Below the pieces are notes generated by a model. That model searched no databases and had not been told where the DNA came from. It saw only the letters and a program-made list of their open reading frames with translations. A stretch of DNA of 64,000 nucleotides, from NCBI GenBank assembly GCA_025054935.1, contig JANWZD010000002.1:172145-236144 (forward strand), read 5' to 3'. Positions 17,806-27,939 of this stretch are shown piece after piece. A program made the position numbers and the translations under genes. The DNA comes from Dehalococcoidia bacterium (GTDB lineage: Bacteria; Chloroflexota; Dehalococcoidia; SpSt-223). The stretch's first letter is position 1, and every line of letters begins with the position of its first letter.

Positions 17806-20106
17806 GTGATCACCAGAGCGGTGTACTTCCCGTTGCTCTCCTTTCTTCTCGGCGCGGCGGTTGCCGCTCCGCTCGGCTACATCGGCGCGCGCCGCGCCAT
17901 CGAACGGCGCCGCGCCCTGCCGCGGGTGGTCAGCGGGATCAGCGCGCCGGTGGAGATCGTGCGCGACCGCTGGTGGACCCCGCATGTCCGTGCCGCGTCG
18001 ATTGCGGATGCGCTCTTCGGCCTCGGCTTCGTCCACGCGCAGGACCGGCTCTTTCAGATGGACCTGGCGCGCCGTGCCGCGGCAGGGCGGCTGTCAGAGG
18101 TTATCGGCCCGCCCACCGTCGAGATCGACCGCTACTACCGCACGCTCGGCTTGCAGGCTGTCGCTGAGGCCGAATGGAACCGCACGCCGCCCGAATGGCG
18201 GCGCTATCTTGAGGCGTACGCGGCCGGAGTGAATGCGGCACGCGCGATGCTCCCGCCGCCGATCGAGACGTTCCTCCTGCGCTACCGCATCGAGCCGTGG
18301 CAGCCGGTTGACTCGCTTGCGCTCACGCGGCTGCTCTCCACCAGCCTGACAATGAACTGGGAGTCTGAACTCGCGCGCTGGCAGTTGGCGATGCGCTACA
18401 GCGGCCGGAAGGTCTGGGCGAATGAGCAGCCGGAGCGGCGGCCGGAGGAGTCGCTCTTTGTGCCGGCGCTCGGCCTGAGCAACGCCTGGGCGGTCTCAGG
18501 CGCTCGGAGCGTCACCGGTCATCCCCTGCTCTCCGGCGACCCGCATCTGCGTGCTAGCCTTCCCCCAAGCCTGCATCTGAGCCATGTTCAGGGCGGCGAC
18601 CTCGACGTTATCGGCGCGTCGATGCCCGGCGTTCCTGGGATCCTGCTCGGCCATAACCAGCGGATCGCTTGGTCGGTGACCGCGGCGCTGACCGACTGCC
18701 AAGACCTGTTCATCGAGGAGTTCGACCTCGACGGGCGCTACCGCCGCGGCCGTGAGTGGCGGCAGGCGGAAGTTCGTGTCGAGCGGATCCGCGTTCGGGG
18801 CGCGCCGGAGGTGGTGGTCCGCGCCCTCTCGACCGACCGGGGACCGATCATCTCCACGGTGCTTGATGGCGACCTGCCCCCGCTCGCTCTTTCAAGCTCG
18901 GTTCTCGTGAGCGAGCCGAACACCATGCCGGCGCTGCTGGGGCTGAACCTCGCGCGGGATTGGGAGAGCTTTCGCGCCGCCCTCCGCTGGTGGACCTACC
19001 CGCCGCTCAACTTCATCTATGCCGACGTTGACGGGCATATCGGCTACCAGCTCGCCGGCTTCCATCCGCGCCGCGGCGAAGGGAGCGGGGTGCTGCCCCT
19101 CCATGCCGCCGACAGCCCCGGCTGGGAAGGCTGGGTTTCGTTCGATGAGCTGCCCAGCCAATTCGACCCGCCGGAAGGACAGGTTGTCTCCGCCAACCAG
19201 CCGCCAGGCCCCGGCTACCCCTTCCTCGGCTTCGATATGTTCGACTCCAGCCGCTATGAGCGGATTGTCGCACTGCTCGCGGAGACCGAGCGGCATTCGA
19301 TCGACAGTTTTCGTCGTCTTCTCGCTGACTGGTATTCTGCGCCCCTCCACCGCTTCGCCGAGGCCTTGCTGGCGGCGCGGCCGCGCCGGGCGCTCGAAGC
19401 ACACGCGCTCGCCCTGCTTCGCGAATGGGACGGCCAGCTGCTCCCCGAGAGCGCCGCGGCGGCAGTGGCCCAAGTTGCGCTGCGCCGGCTGATCGATGAG
19501 CATGCCGATGCGGAATTCGGCGAGCTCGCGCCGCTCTGGCTCGGCTTCGGCCCCCATGTTGCAGCTCCGTTCAACAGCTATTCCTACCGGAACCGAACGA
19601 TCATCCTCGGGATGGTCGAGCAGTGGCGAAAAGAGGCGAGCTGGCCCGAGCGCGCCTCTCGCGTGCTCGCTGCTGCTGTCGAGGAACTGGAGGCGACCCT
19701 CGGGGGTCCTGAGCGCTGGGCGTGGGGCCGGCTGCACGTGCTCCACGTGCGCCACCCGCTCGGGGTGATGCCGGGCGTGGCGCGGCTGCTGAACCGCGGT
19801 CCGTTTCCGCTCGGCGGCGATCAGTCGACGGTGTTTCAGTCGGCGCTCGCGCCCAGCGACCGCTACGGTGCCTCGGCGGCAACGCCGGCTGTCCGCCAGA
19901 TTTTTGACCTTGCCGACTGGGACCGCTCGCGAGCGGTCCTGCCCGGCGGCCAGTCGGGCGCGCCCTTCAGCCCCTACTATGCCGACCAGCTCGACGACTG
20001 GCTGGCAGTGCGTGACCATCCTTTGCCGTTTACTCGCGCCGCCGTCGACAAGGAGGCAGTGGCGCGGCTCCGGCTGACCCCGTCGAACGCGCCGACAACC
20101 CGCTGA
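17806..20106 (+). CDS. penicillin acylase (S45) family Ntn hydrolase
   Basis: 766 aa with an N-terminal anchor/signal, the alpha-subunit region, and a beta-subunit N-terminal nucleophile context (LGLSNAWAVSGARSVTGHPLLSGDPHL) typical of penicillin G / AHL acylases. Confidence 0.85.
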   Translation: MITRAVYFPLLSFLLGAAVAAPLGYIGARRAIERRRALPRVVSGISAPVEIVRDRWWTPHVRAASIADALFGLGFVHAQDRLFQMDLARRAAAGRLSEVIGPPTVEIDRYYRTLGLQAVAEAEWNRTPPEWRRYLEAYAAGVNAARAMLPPPIETFLLRYRIEPWQPVDSLALTRLLSTSLTMNWESELARWQLAMRYSGRKVWANEQPERRPEESLFVPALGLSNAWAVSGARSVTGHPLLSGDPHLRASLPPSLHLSHVQGGDLDVIGASMPGVPGILLGHNQRIAWSVTAALTDCQDLFIEEFDLDGRYRRGREWRQAEVRVERIRVRGAPEVVVRALSTDRGPIISTVLDGDLPPLALSSSVLVSEPNTMPALLGLNLARDWESFRAALRWWTYPPLNFIYADVDGHIGYQLAGFHPRRGEGSGVLPLHAADSPGWEGWVSFDELPSQFDPPEGQVVSANQPPGPGYPFLGFDMFDSSRYERIVALLAETERHSIDSFRRLLADWYSAPLHRFAEALLAARPRRALEAHALALLREWDGQLLPESAAAAVAQVALRRLIDEHADAEFGELAPLWLGFGPHVAAPFNSYSYRNRTIILGMVEQWRKEASWPERASRVLAAAVEELEATLGGPERWAWGRLHVLHVRHPLGVMPGVARLLNRGPFPLGGDQSTVFQSALAPSDRYGASAATPAVRQIFDLADWDRSRAVLPGGQSGAPFSPYYADQLDDWLAVRDHPLPFTRAAVDKEAVARLRLTPSNAPTTR

Positions 20107-20198
20107 AGTGAGCGTGATACAATCCTGCGCGTCCCGCTGGTCAGACGGGAGCAAAGCAGTCCGATCGACACTGGGGTCGATCTGTGGGAGGATGACCG

Positions 20199-21242
20199 AT
20201 GGCCGAACCAATCCAGCGCAACCTCGCGATGGAGCTTGTGCGCGTCACCGAGGCGGCCGCGATGGCTGCAGCCCGATTTATGGGGCGGGGCGATAAAGAC
20301 GCGGCCGACCAAGCGGCAGTGGACGCGATGCGCTACGTCCTCAGCTCGGTGGACATGGATGGCGTCGTCGTCATCGGCGAGGGCGAGAAAGACGAAGCGC
20401 CGATGCTCTATATCGGCGAGGAGATCGGCAACGGGCGCGGCCCGCTGACCGACGTTGCGGTCGACCCGATCGACGGTACCCGGCTGCTTGCCAATGGATT
20501 GCCGAATGCGCTCTCGGTTGTCGCGCTCTCTGAGCGCGGGACGATGCTGCGCGTGCCGCGCGAGATCGTCTACATGGACAAGATCGCGGTAGGAGCGGAA
20601 GCGAAAGGCGTGATCGACATCACGGCGCCGGTCGCGGCCAATCTCAAAGCAGTGGCGCGGGCGACGGGAAAGGCAGTGCAGGAATTGACCGTCGTCATTC
20701 TGGACCGGCCGCGCCATCAGCAGATCATCAGTGAGGTGCGTGCCGCCGGAGCGCGATTGAAGCTGATTACCGACGGCGACGTCGCCGGGGCGATCATGGC
20801 GGCGATGGAGGAGTTCAGCGGCATCGATATGCTCCTTGGGATCGGCGGCGCACCGGAGGCGGTGATCGCGGCGGCCGCTCTGAAGTGCTTGGGCGGCGAT
20901 ATGCAGTGCCGGTTCGCGCCCCGCAACGACGAAGAGGCGCGCGCTGCCGAGGCGGCCGGCTTCTCCCCAAGCCGGGTGTTCCATATCGACGATCTAGTCG
21001 CGGGAGATGACATCTTCTTCGCGGCAACCGGCATTACTGACGGTGAGCTCGTCCACGGCGTGCGCTATCGCGGGAAGCGGCTGACGACAGAGTCGATCGT
21101 CATGCGGAGCCGCTCCGGCACGGTTCGCCGGATCTTCGCCAGTCACGACCTGCGCAAGTTGGCGGCGATCTCCGAAATCCGGTACAGCGGCGACGAATCT
21201 GAGCGCGTTTCGGCGCCCGCGGCGGAGCTGGCGAGCCGCTAA
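20199..21242 (+). CDS. glpX: class II fructose-1,6-bisphosphatase
   Basis: GlpX signature ([20 protein letters not shown]...VAVDPIDGT). ATG preceded by GGGAGG. Confidence 0.9.
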   Translation: MAEPIQRNLAMELVRVTEAAAMAAARFMGRGDKDAADQAAVDAMRYVLSSVDMDGVVVIGEGEKDEAPMLYIGEEIGNGRGPLTDVAVDPIDGTRLLANGLPNALSVVALSERGTMLRVPREIVYMDKIAVGAEAKGVIDITAPVAANLKAVARATGKAVQELTVVILDRPRHQQIISEVRAAGARLKLITDGDVAGAIMAAMEEFSGIDMLLGIGGAPEAVIAAAALKCLGGDMQCRFAPRNDEEARAAEAAGFSPSRVFHIDDLVAGDDIFFAATGITDGELVHGVRYRGKRLTTESIVMRSRSGTVRRIFASHDLRKLAAISEIRYSGDESERVSAPAAELASR

Positions 21243-21296
21243 GCCCCTTGTCGCGATGCGCTTCTTTTCCTGCTCCCGAACGGGAGACAGCGCGCC

Positions 21297-21758
21297 GTGA
21301 CGGCGGTCGACCTCTTCCGCGCGGCGATCCGGTGGCTCCATGTCCTCGCCGCGGTCGGCTGGATCGGCGGGGGGCTCTTCTATTGGTTGGTGCTGAATCA
21401 CGTCTGGGCTGATGCCGGCGTCAAACAGCGCTCGGCAGAAGTGCGCGCCCTGATCGCGCGCCGTTTCCGCGAGGTGACTGCTACCTGCATTCTTGTCGTC
21501 GTTGTCACCGGAGTGATTATCACCGTCGACCGGCTCACCGACCCGCGGGTCTCAATCGAGTACGTGGTGCTCCTGGCGATCAAGCTGGCGCTGGTCGCCT
21601 TCATGTATGTTGTCTTCCGACAACTCGATGACCGACGCGCTCCCCGGCGCTGGGCGACCCCGGAAGCGATACTCGGCGCGGGCGTGCTGGTGTTTTTGGT
21701 GACGGTCGTTCTTCGGCTGGTCTATGAGGCGGCGCTCCGTGCCGCGATCATCGGCTAG
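21297..21758 (+). CDS. hypothetical 4-TM membrane protein
   Basis: 153 aa with four hydrophobic segments (LHVLAAVGWIGGGLFYWLVL...). No CrcB or other family motif identified. Confidence 0.5.
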   Translation: MTAVDLFRAAIRWLHVLAAVGWIGGGLFYWLVLNHVWADAGVKQRSAEVRALIARRFREVTATCILVVVVTGVIITVDRLTDPRVSIEYVVLLAIKLALVAFMYVVFRQLDDRRAPRRWATPEAILGAGVLVFLVTVVLRLVYEAALRAAIIG

Positions 21759-22116
21759 ACGGCTCCGGCGGCGGGTCGACCATCGGCAGGAGCGTTTCTG
21801 GCGCCGGCCGGCGCTTGCGGCTGCCCGGCTCGAGCAGGCCGGTCAAAAAGCTGTGCAGCGCTGCTGCTGTCTGGTGCGTCAGGACGAGCGTGAGGGCGCC
21901 GATGTTCTCGAGGCCGTCGCCCGCTTCGCTGCGCGGCTGCTTCATCGAAACGACGCCCAGTTCGATCGCCCACGCTCCCGCAAGGCGCCGAACCCCGGGC
22001 TCGGGGACAAACTGTTCCGGCGCAGCGATCACCGCCACCTCAAGCGGCCCGTGCCGCTCGGCGAGGAGGTCGAGGTCGCGTTTGATCGAAGACTCGCTCA
22101 TGCTCCCGCTCGGCAC
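21748..22116 (-). CDS. hypothetical small protein (low confidence)
   Basis: 122-aa ORF in the gap between the membrane gene and dapB, with very high third-position G+C (about 85% by eye) consistent with real coding in this genome. No motif; an alternative start is Met6. Confidence 0.35.
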   Translation of the reverse strand: MPSGSMSESSIKRDLDLLAERHGPLEVAVIAAPEQFVPEPGVRRLAGAWAIELGVVSMKQPRSEAGDGLENIGALTLVLTHQTAAALHSFLTGLLEPGSRKRRPAPETLLPMVDPPPEPSSR

Positions 22117-22160
22117 GATTCTATCACCCGGCTATACTCGCAGCAGCGAAGGAGGGGAGA

Positions 22161-22946
22161 ATGCCGGAACGAGTGCGCGTGGTCGTCTCTGGCGCGGCGG
22201 GGAAGATGGGACGGGAAATCTGTGCGGCAGTCGCCCGAGACCCGGAGCTGGAACTGGTCGGCGGGATCGACATCGCGCCCCCGCCCGCCGGGAGCGCTCT
22301 CCCGTGGTCAGCTGACCCGTTCGCCCTCGTCCGCAGTGTGCGTCCGCGGGTCGTCGTCGACTTTTCTACCGCCTCGGCGACGCTTGGGGTGGTTCACGCC
22401 GCCCTAGAGGCGGGCGCCTCGCCCGTGGTCGGGACAAGCGGGCTGACCGAGGCGATGGTCGCGGAGATCCGCGACGCCGCGGCGGCGCGCGGGGTCGGCG
22501 CGGCAGTCGTTCCGAACTTTGCCCTCGGCGCGGTGCTGATGATGCATTTCGCCGCGATTGCTGCCCGCTATTTCGACGCCGTCGAGGTCATTGAAGCGCA
22601 TCATGAGACCAAGCAGGATGCGCCGTCAGGCACCGCCCTCGCGACGGCGCAGCACATGGTGGCAGCGCGCGGGCGCGAGTTCCTCCGCGCTATCCCGGAG
22701 AAGGAGACAATCCTCGGCAGCCGCGGCGCCCATTACGCTGGCGTCTCGATCCACAGTTTGCGGCTGCCAGGGGTAGTCGCGCGCCAAGAGGTGATCTTTG
22801 GCGCCTTGGGCCAGTATCTCACGATTGCACACGACACGACGAGCCGTGAGGCATATTTACCGGGGGTCATGCTCGCCATTAAGGCGATCGTTGGCCGGAA
22901 CGATTTTGTCTACGGCCTTGCGCCCCTGCTGGGGCTAGGCAGCTAG
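22161..22946 (+). CDS. dapB: 4-hydroxy-tetrahydrodipicolinate reductase
   Basis: N-terminal Rossmann (VVVSGAAGKMGREI) and DapB C-terminal motifs (EVIEAHHETKQDAPSGTA). AAGGAGGGG RBS. Confidence 0.9.
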   Translation: MPERVRVVVSGAAGKMGREICAAVARDPELELVGGIDIAPPPAGSALPWSADPFALVRSVRPRVVVDFSTASATLGVVHAALEAGASPVVGTSGLTEAMVAEIRDAAAARGVGAAVVPNFALGAVLMMHFAAIAARYFDAVEVIEAHHETKQDAPSGTALATAQHMVAARGREFLRAIPEKETILGSRGAHYAGVSIHSLRLPGVVARQEVIFGALGQYLTIAHDTTSREAYLPGVMLAIKAIVGRNDFVYGLAPLLGLGS

Positions 22947-22995
22947 GCGGCAGCCGCGACCCGCGCGGCAAGGACGCATTCCGTTGGAGGTAACG

Positions 22996-23898
22996 ATGGC
23001 CACCATTGGCAGAGTGCTGACGGCGATGGTCACTCCCTTTTCCCCCGACGGGTCGATCGACGAAAAGCGGACGGCCCAACTGGCGCAGGCCCTCGTCGCA
23101 AGCGGTTCCGACGGCCTCGTCGTCACCGGCACCACCGGCGAGTCGCCCACCCTGTCCCATCGCGAAAAGCTCCGTCTCTACGAGATCGTGCGCGCCGCGG
23201 TTGGCCCGGAGACGGCGGTTATCGCCGGCACCTCCACCTACAACACTGCCGAAAGTGTCGAACTGACGCGGGAAGCCGCTCACCTGGGGGTCGACGGATT
23301 CCTCCTCGTGGTGCCGCCCTACAACAAGCCGACCCAAGAAGGAATGTACCGCCACTTCGCAGCGATCGCCTCGGCGACGACGCTCCCCTGCATCCTCTAC
23401 AACGTTCCCGGCCGCACGGGCTCAAACCTGCTGCCGAGCACGGTGCTCCGCCTCCGCCAGTTCGCCAACATTGTCGGCATCAAGGAAGCCAGCGGCGACC
23501 TCGAGCAGATCGCCACGATCATCGAAGCGGCAGGACCAGAGTTCCGCGTTTGGAGTGGTGATGACAATCTGACCCTGCCGATCTTGGCGGTTGGCGGCTA
23601 CGGCGTGATCAGTGTCGCCTCTCATCTCGTCGGACGCCAGATCCAGGAGATGATCCACGCGTTTCTCGCCGGCCAGAATGCCCGTGCCGCGGCGATCCAT
23701 CGCCGCCTCCTGCCTCTCGTCAAGGCGCTCTTTGTGGTCGGAAACCCGGTTCCGGTGAAATATGCCCTCGGCGTCGCGGGGTTTCCGGTCGGCGAATGCC
23801 GGTTGCCGCTCTACGGGCCCGATGAAGAGACGGCGCGGATTATCCGCCATGCGATCGAGCGCCAGCAGATCGACTTGCCGATGGCGACAACCGCCTAG
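22996..23898 (+). CDS. dapA: 4-hydroxy-tetrahydrodipicolinate synthase
   Basis: DapA family motifs (GRVLTAMVTPF...GLVVTGTTGESPTLS). ATG 22996 is directly preceded by GGAGG; the track start 22984 is a TTG. Confidence 0.9.
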   Translation: MATIGRVLTAMVTPFSPDGSIDEKRTAQLAQALVASGSDGLVVTGTTGESPTLSHREKLRLYEIVRAAVGPETAVIAGTSTYNTAESVELTREAAHLGVDGFLLVVPPYNKPTQEGMYRHFAAIASATTLPCILYNVPGRTGSNLLPSTVLRLRQFANIVGIKEASGDLEQIATIIEAAGPEFRVWSGDDNLTLPILAVGGYGVISVASHLVGRQIQEMIHAFLAGQNARAAAIHRRLLPLVKALFVVGNPVPVKYALGVAGFPVGECRLPLYGPDEETARIIRHAIERQQIDLPMATTA

Positions 23899-24187
23899 CA
23901 TCGCTTTCCCTGCGGGGGCGGCTGTGAGGTGCCCCGCGTCTGCGGCCGTGACCATCCTCACCCGGCTGTTCTCCTGCAGCCGCCCTGCGCTTGGGATACC
24001 GTGTCGCTGGAGCGAGCGGGACGCGGCAGAGGGGCGGCGGGCGCGCTGGTGAAGCTGCGTGGCGGCGTGGCCCGGCATCTGCTTCCACGGCGGGCGCACT
24101 CCTCGTTCGCCCGGCAGGTCGGCGCCGCGCGAACGAAGGCAGCATCTTCATTCGAGCAGCCGAGCGCCGTGCTAAGATTGAGACGCA

Positions 24188-25948
24188 ATGCTCGGCGTCT
24201 TGCTCGGTGGCCGCTACCGTCTCGAACGAGAAATCGGCGCCGGGGGCATGGCGCAGGTCTTCCGAGCGACGGATGAGGCACTCGGCCGGGTGGTCGCGAT
24301 CAAGATGCCGCGCGACCAGTATGCCGAGGACCCTCTCTTCCGCGAGCGGTTTCTCCGCGAGGCGCGCGCGGCGGGCCGGCTCTCCCATCCCAACATTGTC
24401 GCGGTCTATGACGTCGGTGAGCAGGGAGGGCGGCCGTTTCTCGTCATGCAGCTGGTCGAGGGGCCAACGCTGCGCGAGGAGATTGCGCGCCGGGGGCCGT
24501 TGCCGATTGCCGAGGCGGTTGCCTATGCCCAGCAGGTCGCTGAGGCGCTGGCCTACGCCCATCTCAACGGCATTGTCCACCGCGATGTCAAACCAGCAAA
24601 TATTCTGCTGACGAATCCTCTCGGGAGCGCCAGCCCTTCCGCCCGCCGAGCGCTCCTCTCCGACTTCGGGATCGCCCGCTCGATCGGCGAAGCGGGACTG
24701 TCATCAAGCCACGAAGTGTTCGGCACCGTTCACTATCTTGCCCCCGAGCGAGCGCTCGGCCACGAGGCGACGCCCGCTAGCGATGTCTATGCGCTCGGCG
24801 TCGTCCTCTACGAGATGCTGACCGGCCGGGTCCCGTTCAGCGCCGATACGCCCATCGCCACGGCGCTCGCCCACGCGCGTCAGCCGGTTCCGCCGCCGCG
24901 CGCCTTCAATCCCGCTCTCCCCGCCGCTCTCGAGCGCGTCCTCCTCCGAGCGCTTGCTAAGAACCCTGCGGAACGCTTCCGCACGGGCGCCGAGTTCGCG
25001 GCCGCGCTTGCGGCCATCCGCAGCGGCGCCCTCAGCGACACCGAGCGCTACGCTCCGGTGGCTCAGCCAGTGGATGCCGCTGATGCCCGGACCGTCGCTG
25101 CTGTGCCTGTCGTTGCCGCTGCGGCCGCCGACGGCGAGCGCGGCGGCGGGTGTCTCTGGCTGTGGGCAGCGCTCGGCGTCTTGGTCGCCGCCTTCCTCTT
25201 TGCGCTTGGGCTGCTTGCTGTTGCCAATCGCCACCAGCTAGGCGCGGCGGCGCCCGTTGCGCTGCCGACACGAACTGCCACCCCCGCTCCTCCTACCCCT
25301 ACCGCCATTCCGCAAGTGCGCGTTCCGGCCGTCGAGGGGATGGACGCCGCGGCGGCGCGAACGGCGCTCCGCCAAGCGGGGTTCGAGGTTCGGGAGGGGG
25401 CCCAGGAGTTTCATCCGACGGTTCCAGCCGGCCGGGTGATCCGCACCGCTCCCCCGGCGGGACGCCTCGCCGCCGCAGGCTCGACGGTAGAACTGGTGGT
25501 GTCGAGAGGCCCTGAGCTGATCGAAGTGCCTGCGGTGCAAAATCTCCTGCTCGCCGACGCCAAGAAACGCTTGGAGGAGGCGGGGTTCGAGGTGGTCGAA
25601 ATCGGGGAATGGAACAGCGCCGTTGCCCGCGACACCGTGCTCCTCCAAACCCCCCGCGCAGGCGAGAGGGTACCGCGCGGTTCGCGGGTAACCATTACCT
25701 ACAGCCTCGGGCGCGAGCGGACCCGGGTGCCCAATGTTGTCGGCATGCGCGAGGAGGAGGCAAAACGGGCCATTGAGCAGGCGCGGTTGCGCAATGCGCC
25801 CTATGTCAACTATCAGACACGGCGTGACCTGCCCGAGTCGGTGCTGAGCCAAGTCTGCGTTGGCTGCGTTCTGAGCAGCACGCCCGCGCCGGGGACCGAA
25901 GTCGATCTCGGCACCGAGGTATTCATCGCGGTGCGCGGCCGCGACTAG
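24188..25948 (+). CDS. Ser/Thr protein kinase with three C-terminal PASTA domains (PknB/PrkC-like)
   Basis: Canonical kinase motifs (GAGGMAQVF, VAIKMPR, HRDVKPANILL, DFGIAR, APE), a TM segment, and three PASTA-like modules (VRVPAVEGMDAAAARTALRQAGFEV; IEVPAVQNLLLADAKKRLEEAGFEV; TRVPNVVGMREEEAKRAIEQARL). Confidence 0.85.
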   Translation: MLGVLLGGRYRLEREIGAGGMAQVFRATDEALGRVVAIKMPRDQYAEDPLFRERFLREARAAGRLSHPNIVAVYDVGEQGGRPFLVMQLVEGPTLREEIARRGPLPIAEAVAYAQQVAEALAYAHLNGIVHRDVKPANILLTNPLGSASPSARRALLSDFGIARSIGEAGLSSSHEVFGTVHYLAPERALGHEATPASDVYALGVVLYEMLTGRVPFSADTPIATALAHARQPVPPPRAFNPALPAALERVLLRALAKNPAERFRTGAEFAAALAAIRSGALSDTERYAPVAQPVDAADARTVAAVPVVAAAAADGERGGGCLWLWAALGVLVAAFLFALGLLAVANRHQLGAAAPVALPTRTATPAPPTPTAIPQVRVPAVEGMDAAAARTALRQAGFEVREGAQEFHPTVPAGRVIRTAPPAGRLAAAGSTVELVVSRGPELIEVPAVQNLLLADAKKRLEEAGFEVVEIGEWNSAVARDTVLLQTPRAGERVPRGSRVTITYSLGRERTRVPNVVGMREEEAKRAIEQARLRNAPYVNYQTRRDLPESVLSQVCVGCVLSSTPAPGTEVDLGTEVFIAVRGRD

Positions 25949-26017
25949 GCGAGCAGCGGCTCCCACAGCTTCCGGCAGGAACGAACCCGGGCGCGCTCGC
26001 GAGAAAGAAGAAAGCCG

Positions 26018-26413
26018 TCACTCCGGCGGGGGGGGCGTTTCGGGCGGGACATGCCGGTTCGCGAGCAGGGCGGCAAGAAGCGCTTGGCGTTCTCCGGCAG
26101 AGAGCGACGCGATCGAGCGGCGCTTGCGCCGCCGCGAAGGGGGCTCTTCCTCAGCGAGGTGAAACAGCTTAAAGCCGGCTTCGAGGCTCGCGAAGACCCC
26201 TGCGCCCCGGTCCGCCCAGAGGATTGCGGCGATGCGCTCGGTCTCGGCATCGGAGAGCGGCACCTCGCTGGCAGCGCGGATCAGCTGATAGAGACGCTGG
26301 CGCTCGGCGTCGGAAAGAGAAGCGATCTCCTCGGAAGCGCGCGCCAACTCCTGGGCGAGCGCTTCCCTGGCTGGGCGCCCAACATCCTCGCGACCCCGGC
26401 CCTTGCGTGGCAT
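26018..26413 (-). CDS. hypothetical protein (131 aa), acidic/helical, no family assigned
   Basis: Internal ATG at 26413 is preceded by GGAGAAAGAGGA; the 47 upstream codons of the track ORF read through the promoter island and are discarded. Confidence 0.45.
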   Translation of the reverse strand: MPRKGRGREDVGRPAREALAQELARASEEIASLSDAERQRLYQLIRAASEVPLSDAETERIAAILWADRGAGVFASLEAGFKLFHLAEEEPPSRRRKRRSIASLSAGERQALLAALLANRHVPPETPPPPE

Positions 26414-26453
26414 TGTCAGAACGTCCTCTTTCTCCCGCAACCGACGACAATGG

Positions 26454-26481
26454 ATCGTACCCATTCTTGCCAAGAAGTCAA
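26454..26481 (-). promoter_or_regulatory. sigma70-like promoter (TTGACT-16 nt-TACGAT on minus strand) for the 26018..26413 gene
   Basis: Read on the minus strand: TTGACT (plus 26476..26481), 16-nt spacer, TACGAT (plus 26454..26459), about 40 nt upstream of the ATG. Lies within the only markedly AT-richer stretch of this region. Confidence 0.5.
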
Positions 26482-26502
26482 GCAATTTGCCTGCCTGCTT
26501 CC

Positions 26503-26544
26503 CAAGATATTGCGAACAAGCTAGCAGATAGCCACAAGATATTG
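26503..26544. repeat. two copies of a 10-nt direct repeat CAAGATATTG (26503..26512 and 26535..26544) upstream of the -35 element
   Basis: Exact 10/10 identity with 22-nt spacing, immediately upstream of the predicted promoter. Candidate transcription-factor binding site. Confidence 0.45.
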
Positions 26545-26581
26545 GTAATAACACGTATTAGACCCAGCTGAACCTGCCGCG

Positions 26582-27892
26582 CTAGGGGATGGTCGTTCGA
26601 GTCCACGCCATCGGGTCGACCGCTTCGCCCCGAACGCGCACCTCCCAGTGGAGATGCGGCCCCGTGACCGCGCCGCTCGCGCCGCTCAGTCCAATCCGGG
26701 TGCCCCGATCGACCGCTTGCCCGAGGCGGACATCGGCCCGGCTCAGGTGGTAGTAGCAGCTGAACACCCCGAGGCCGTGGTCGAGAATGACGGCGAGCCC
26801 GCGCACTGCCAGCGTGTCGGCAAGGACGACTGTTCCCGCGGCGGCAGCAGCAACCGGGGTCCCGACGGGACAGTCGAAATCGGTTCCCCAGTGGCGGCTG
26901 GTGATGGGGCCCCCATTGTAGCTGCGCCCGGTGGCGAACTCCGACACAATCGGATGGGGCACGGGAACGAGGAACGGCCCCTCCCACCGCTTGACCGGGG
27001 AGATGCCGGCAAAAATTCGGTCGAGCCGCGCGATCTCCTGGGCGTTGACGTTCGACCCGATCAGTCCGCTTGTCGCGGGCGGGAGCCACACCTCTTCGTT
27101 GGGATAGCGGACGGGGGTGACGGCGACGTCGAATGCGGCCTCGCTCCGGTTGCCGAGCTCATCGACTGCCGCAAGCGCAAGCCGCAGCCGGCCGGGACGC
27201 GTCATCGCGTCGAAGCCGGCGAGCGCCCAATTGAGCAGCCCATCGGCGACGAAGTGAAGCGGCCAGCCGTCGAGCGTTCCCCGCACCTCTGCCGGCACGT
27301 CTGTCCGCACCCGCACCACGAGGGTCTGCCCTTGGCCGACCTGGGTCGAGCGCGGGTCGAGGTCGAGGCGCGGGCCTGAGTTCCGGCTGACAAAAGAAGC
27401 CTGAGCGATTGTCTCGTTCGCGGCTGCAGAGCGGTCGCGCGCGCGCACGGTGACAACGTGCGCTCCGTCGGGGAGAGCAGCGGTGTCGATCCAGTGTTCG
27501 CCTGCCGCTGCCGGCAGCGGCGTCCCGTCGAGGTCGATCGACTCGATTGTCCAATCGTGCGCGTCAGCGACTTCGACAACGACGACCGCGACGCCGCGAA
27601 CCGGTCGCTCGGGGACGCGGATTGTCACCGTTGGGGGCGCGGTGTCCTGGTACCACGCCAGCGTTCGGCCTGCCCGGTCGCGCGCGGCGGGCCAAAGCGC
27701 GCTGATCCCGAGCGCGCCCAGGAGCGCTGGCGGCGCGAGGAGGAGGCAGCCCCGGCGGCTGATCGACCTCAAGCTCATCCCAACGCGCGTATTGTGCCCG
27801 CTTTGCGGCGAGAACACAATCGGCTGGCCGCTCATCCTTGTCTCGTCGGCTGTTTCTGCAGGGTGCACCGGCAGCAGCGGCCGCTCCCGCAC
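26582..27892 (-). CDS. M23 family metallopeptidase (LytM-like) with N-terminal signal and beta-rich N-domain
   Basis: C-terminal M23 motifs (GTDFDCPVGTPV...DHGLGVFSCYYHLSRADV...GPHLHWEVRV). A signal-like segment at Met39 (start 27778) is an alternative start. Confidence 0.8.
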   Translation of the reverse strand: MRERPLLPVHPAETADETRMSGQPIVFSPQSGHNTRVGMSLRSISRRGCLLLAPPALLGALGISALWPAARDRAGRTLAWYQDTAPPTVTIRVPERPVRGVAVVVVEVADAHDWTIESIDLDGTPLPAAAGEHWIDTAALPDGAHVVTVRARDRSAAANETIAQASFVSRNSGPRLDLDPRSTQVGQGQTLVVRVRTDVPAEVRGTLDGWPLHFVADGLLNWALAGFDAMTRPGRLRLALAAVDELGNRSEAAFDVAVTPVRYPNEEVWLPPATSGLIGSNVNAQEIARLDRIFAGISPVKRWEGPFLVPVPHPIVSEFATGRSYNGGPITSRHWGTDFDCPVGTPVAAAAAGTVVLADTLAVRGLAVILDHGLGVFSCYYHLSRADVRLGQAVDRGTRIGLSGASGAVTGPHLHWEVRVRGEAVDPMAWTRTTIP

Positions 27893-27939
27893 TGGGGGGA
27901 GACGGTCAGGCAGGGGAACGCGCTCTTCTCTTCTTTACG

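Noticed and set aside
26503-26544. Possibility that the CAAGATATTG direct repeats represent a CRISPR array
   Set aside because: Only two 10-nt copies with no cas genes; far more consistent with a regulatory binding site. No CRISPR array is present in the window.
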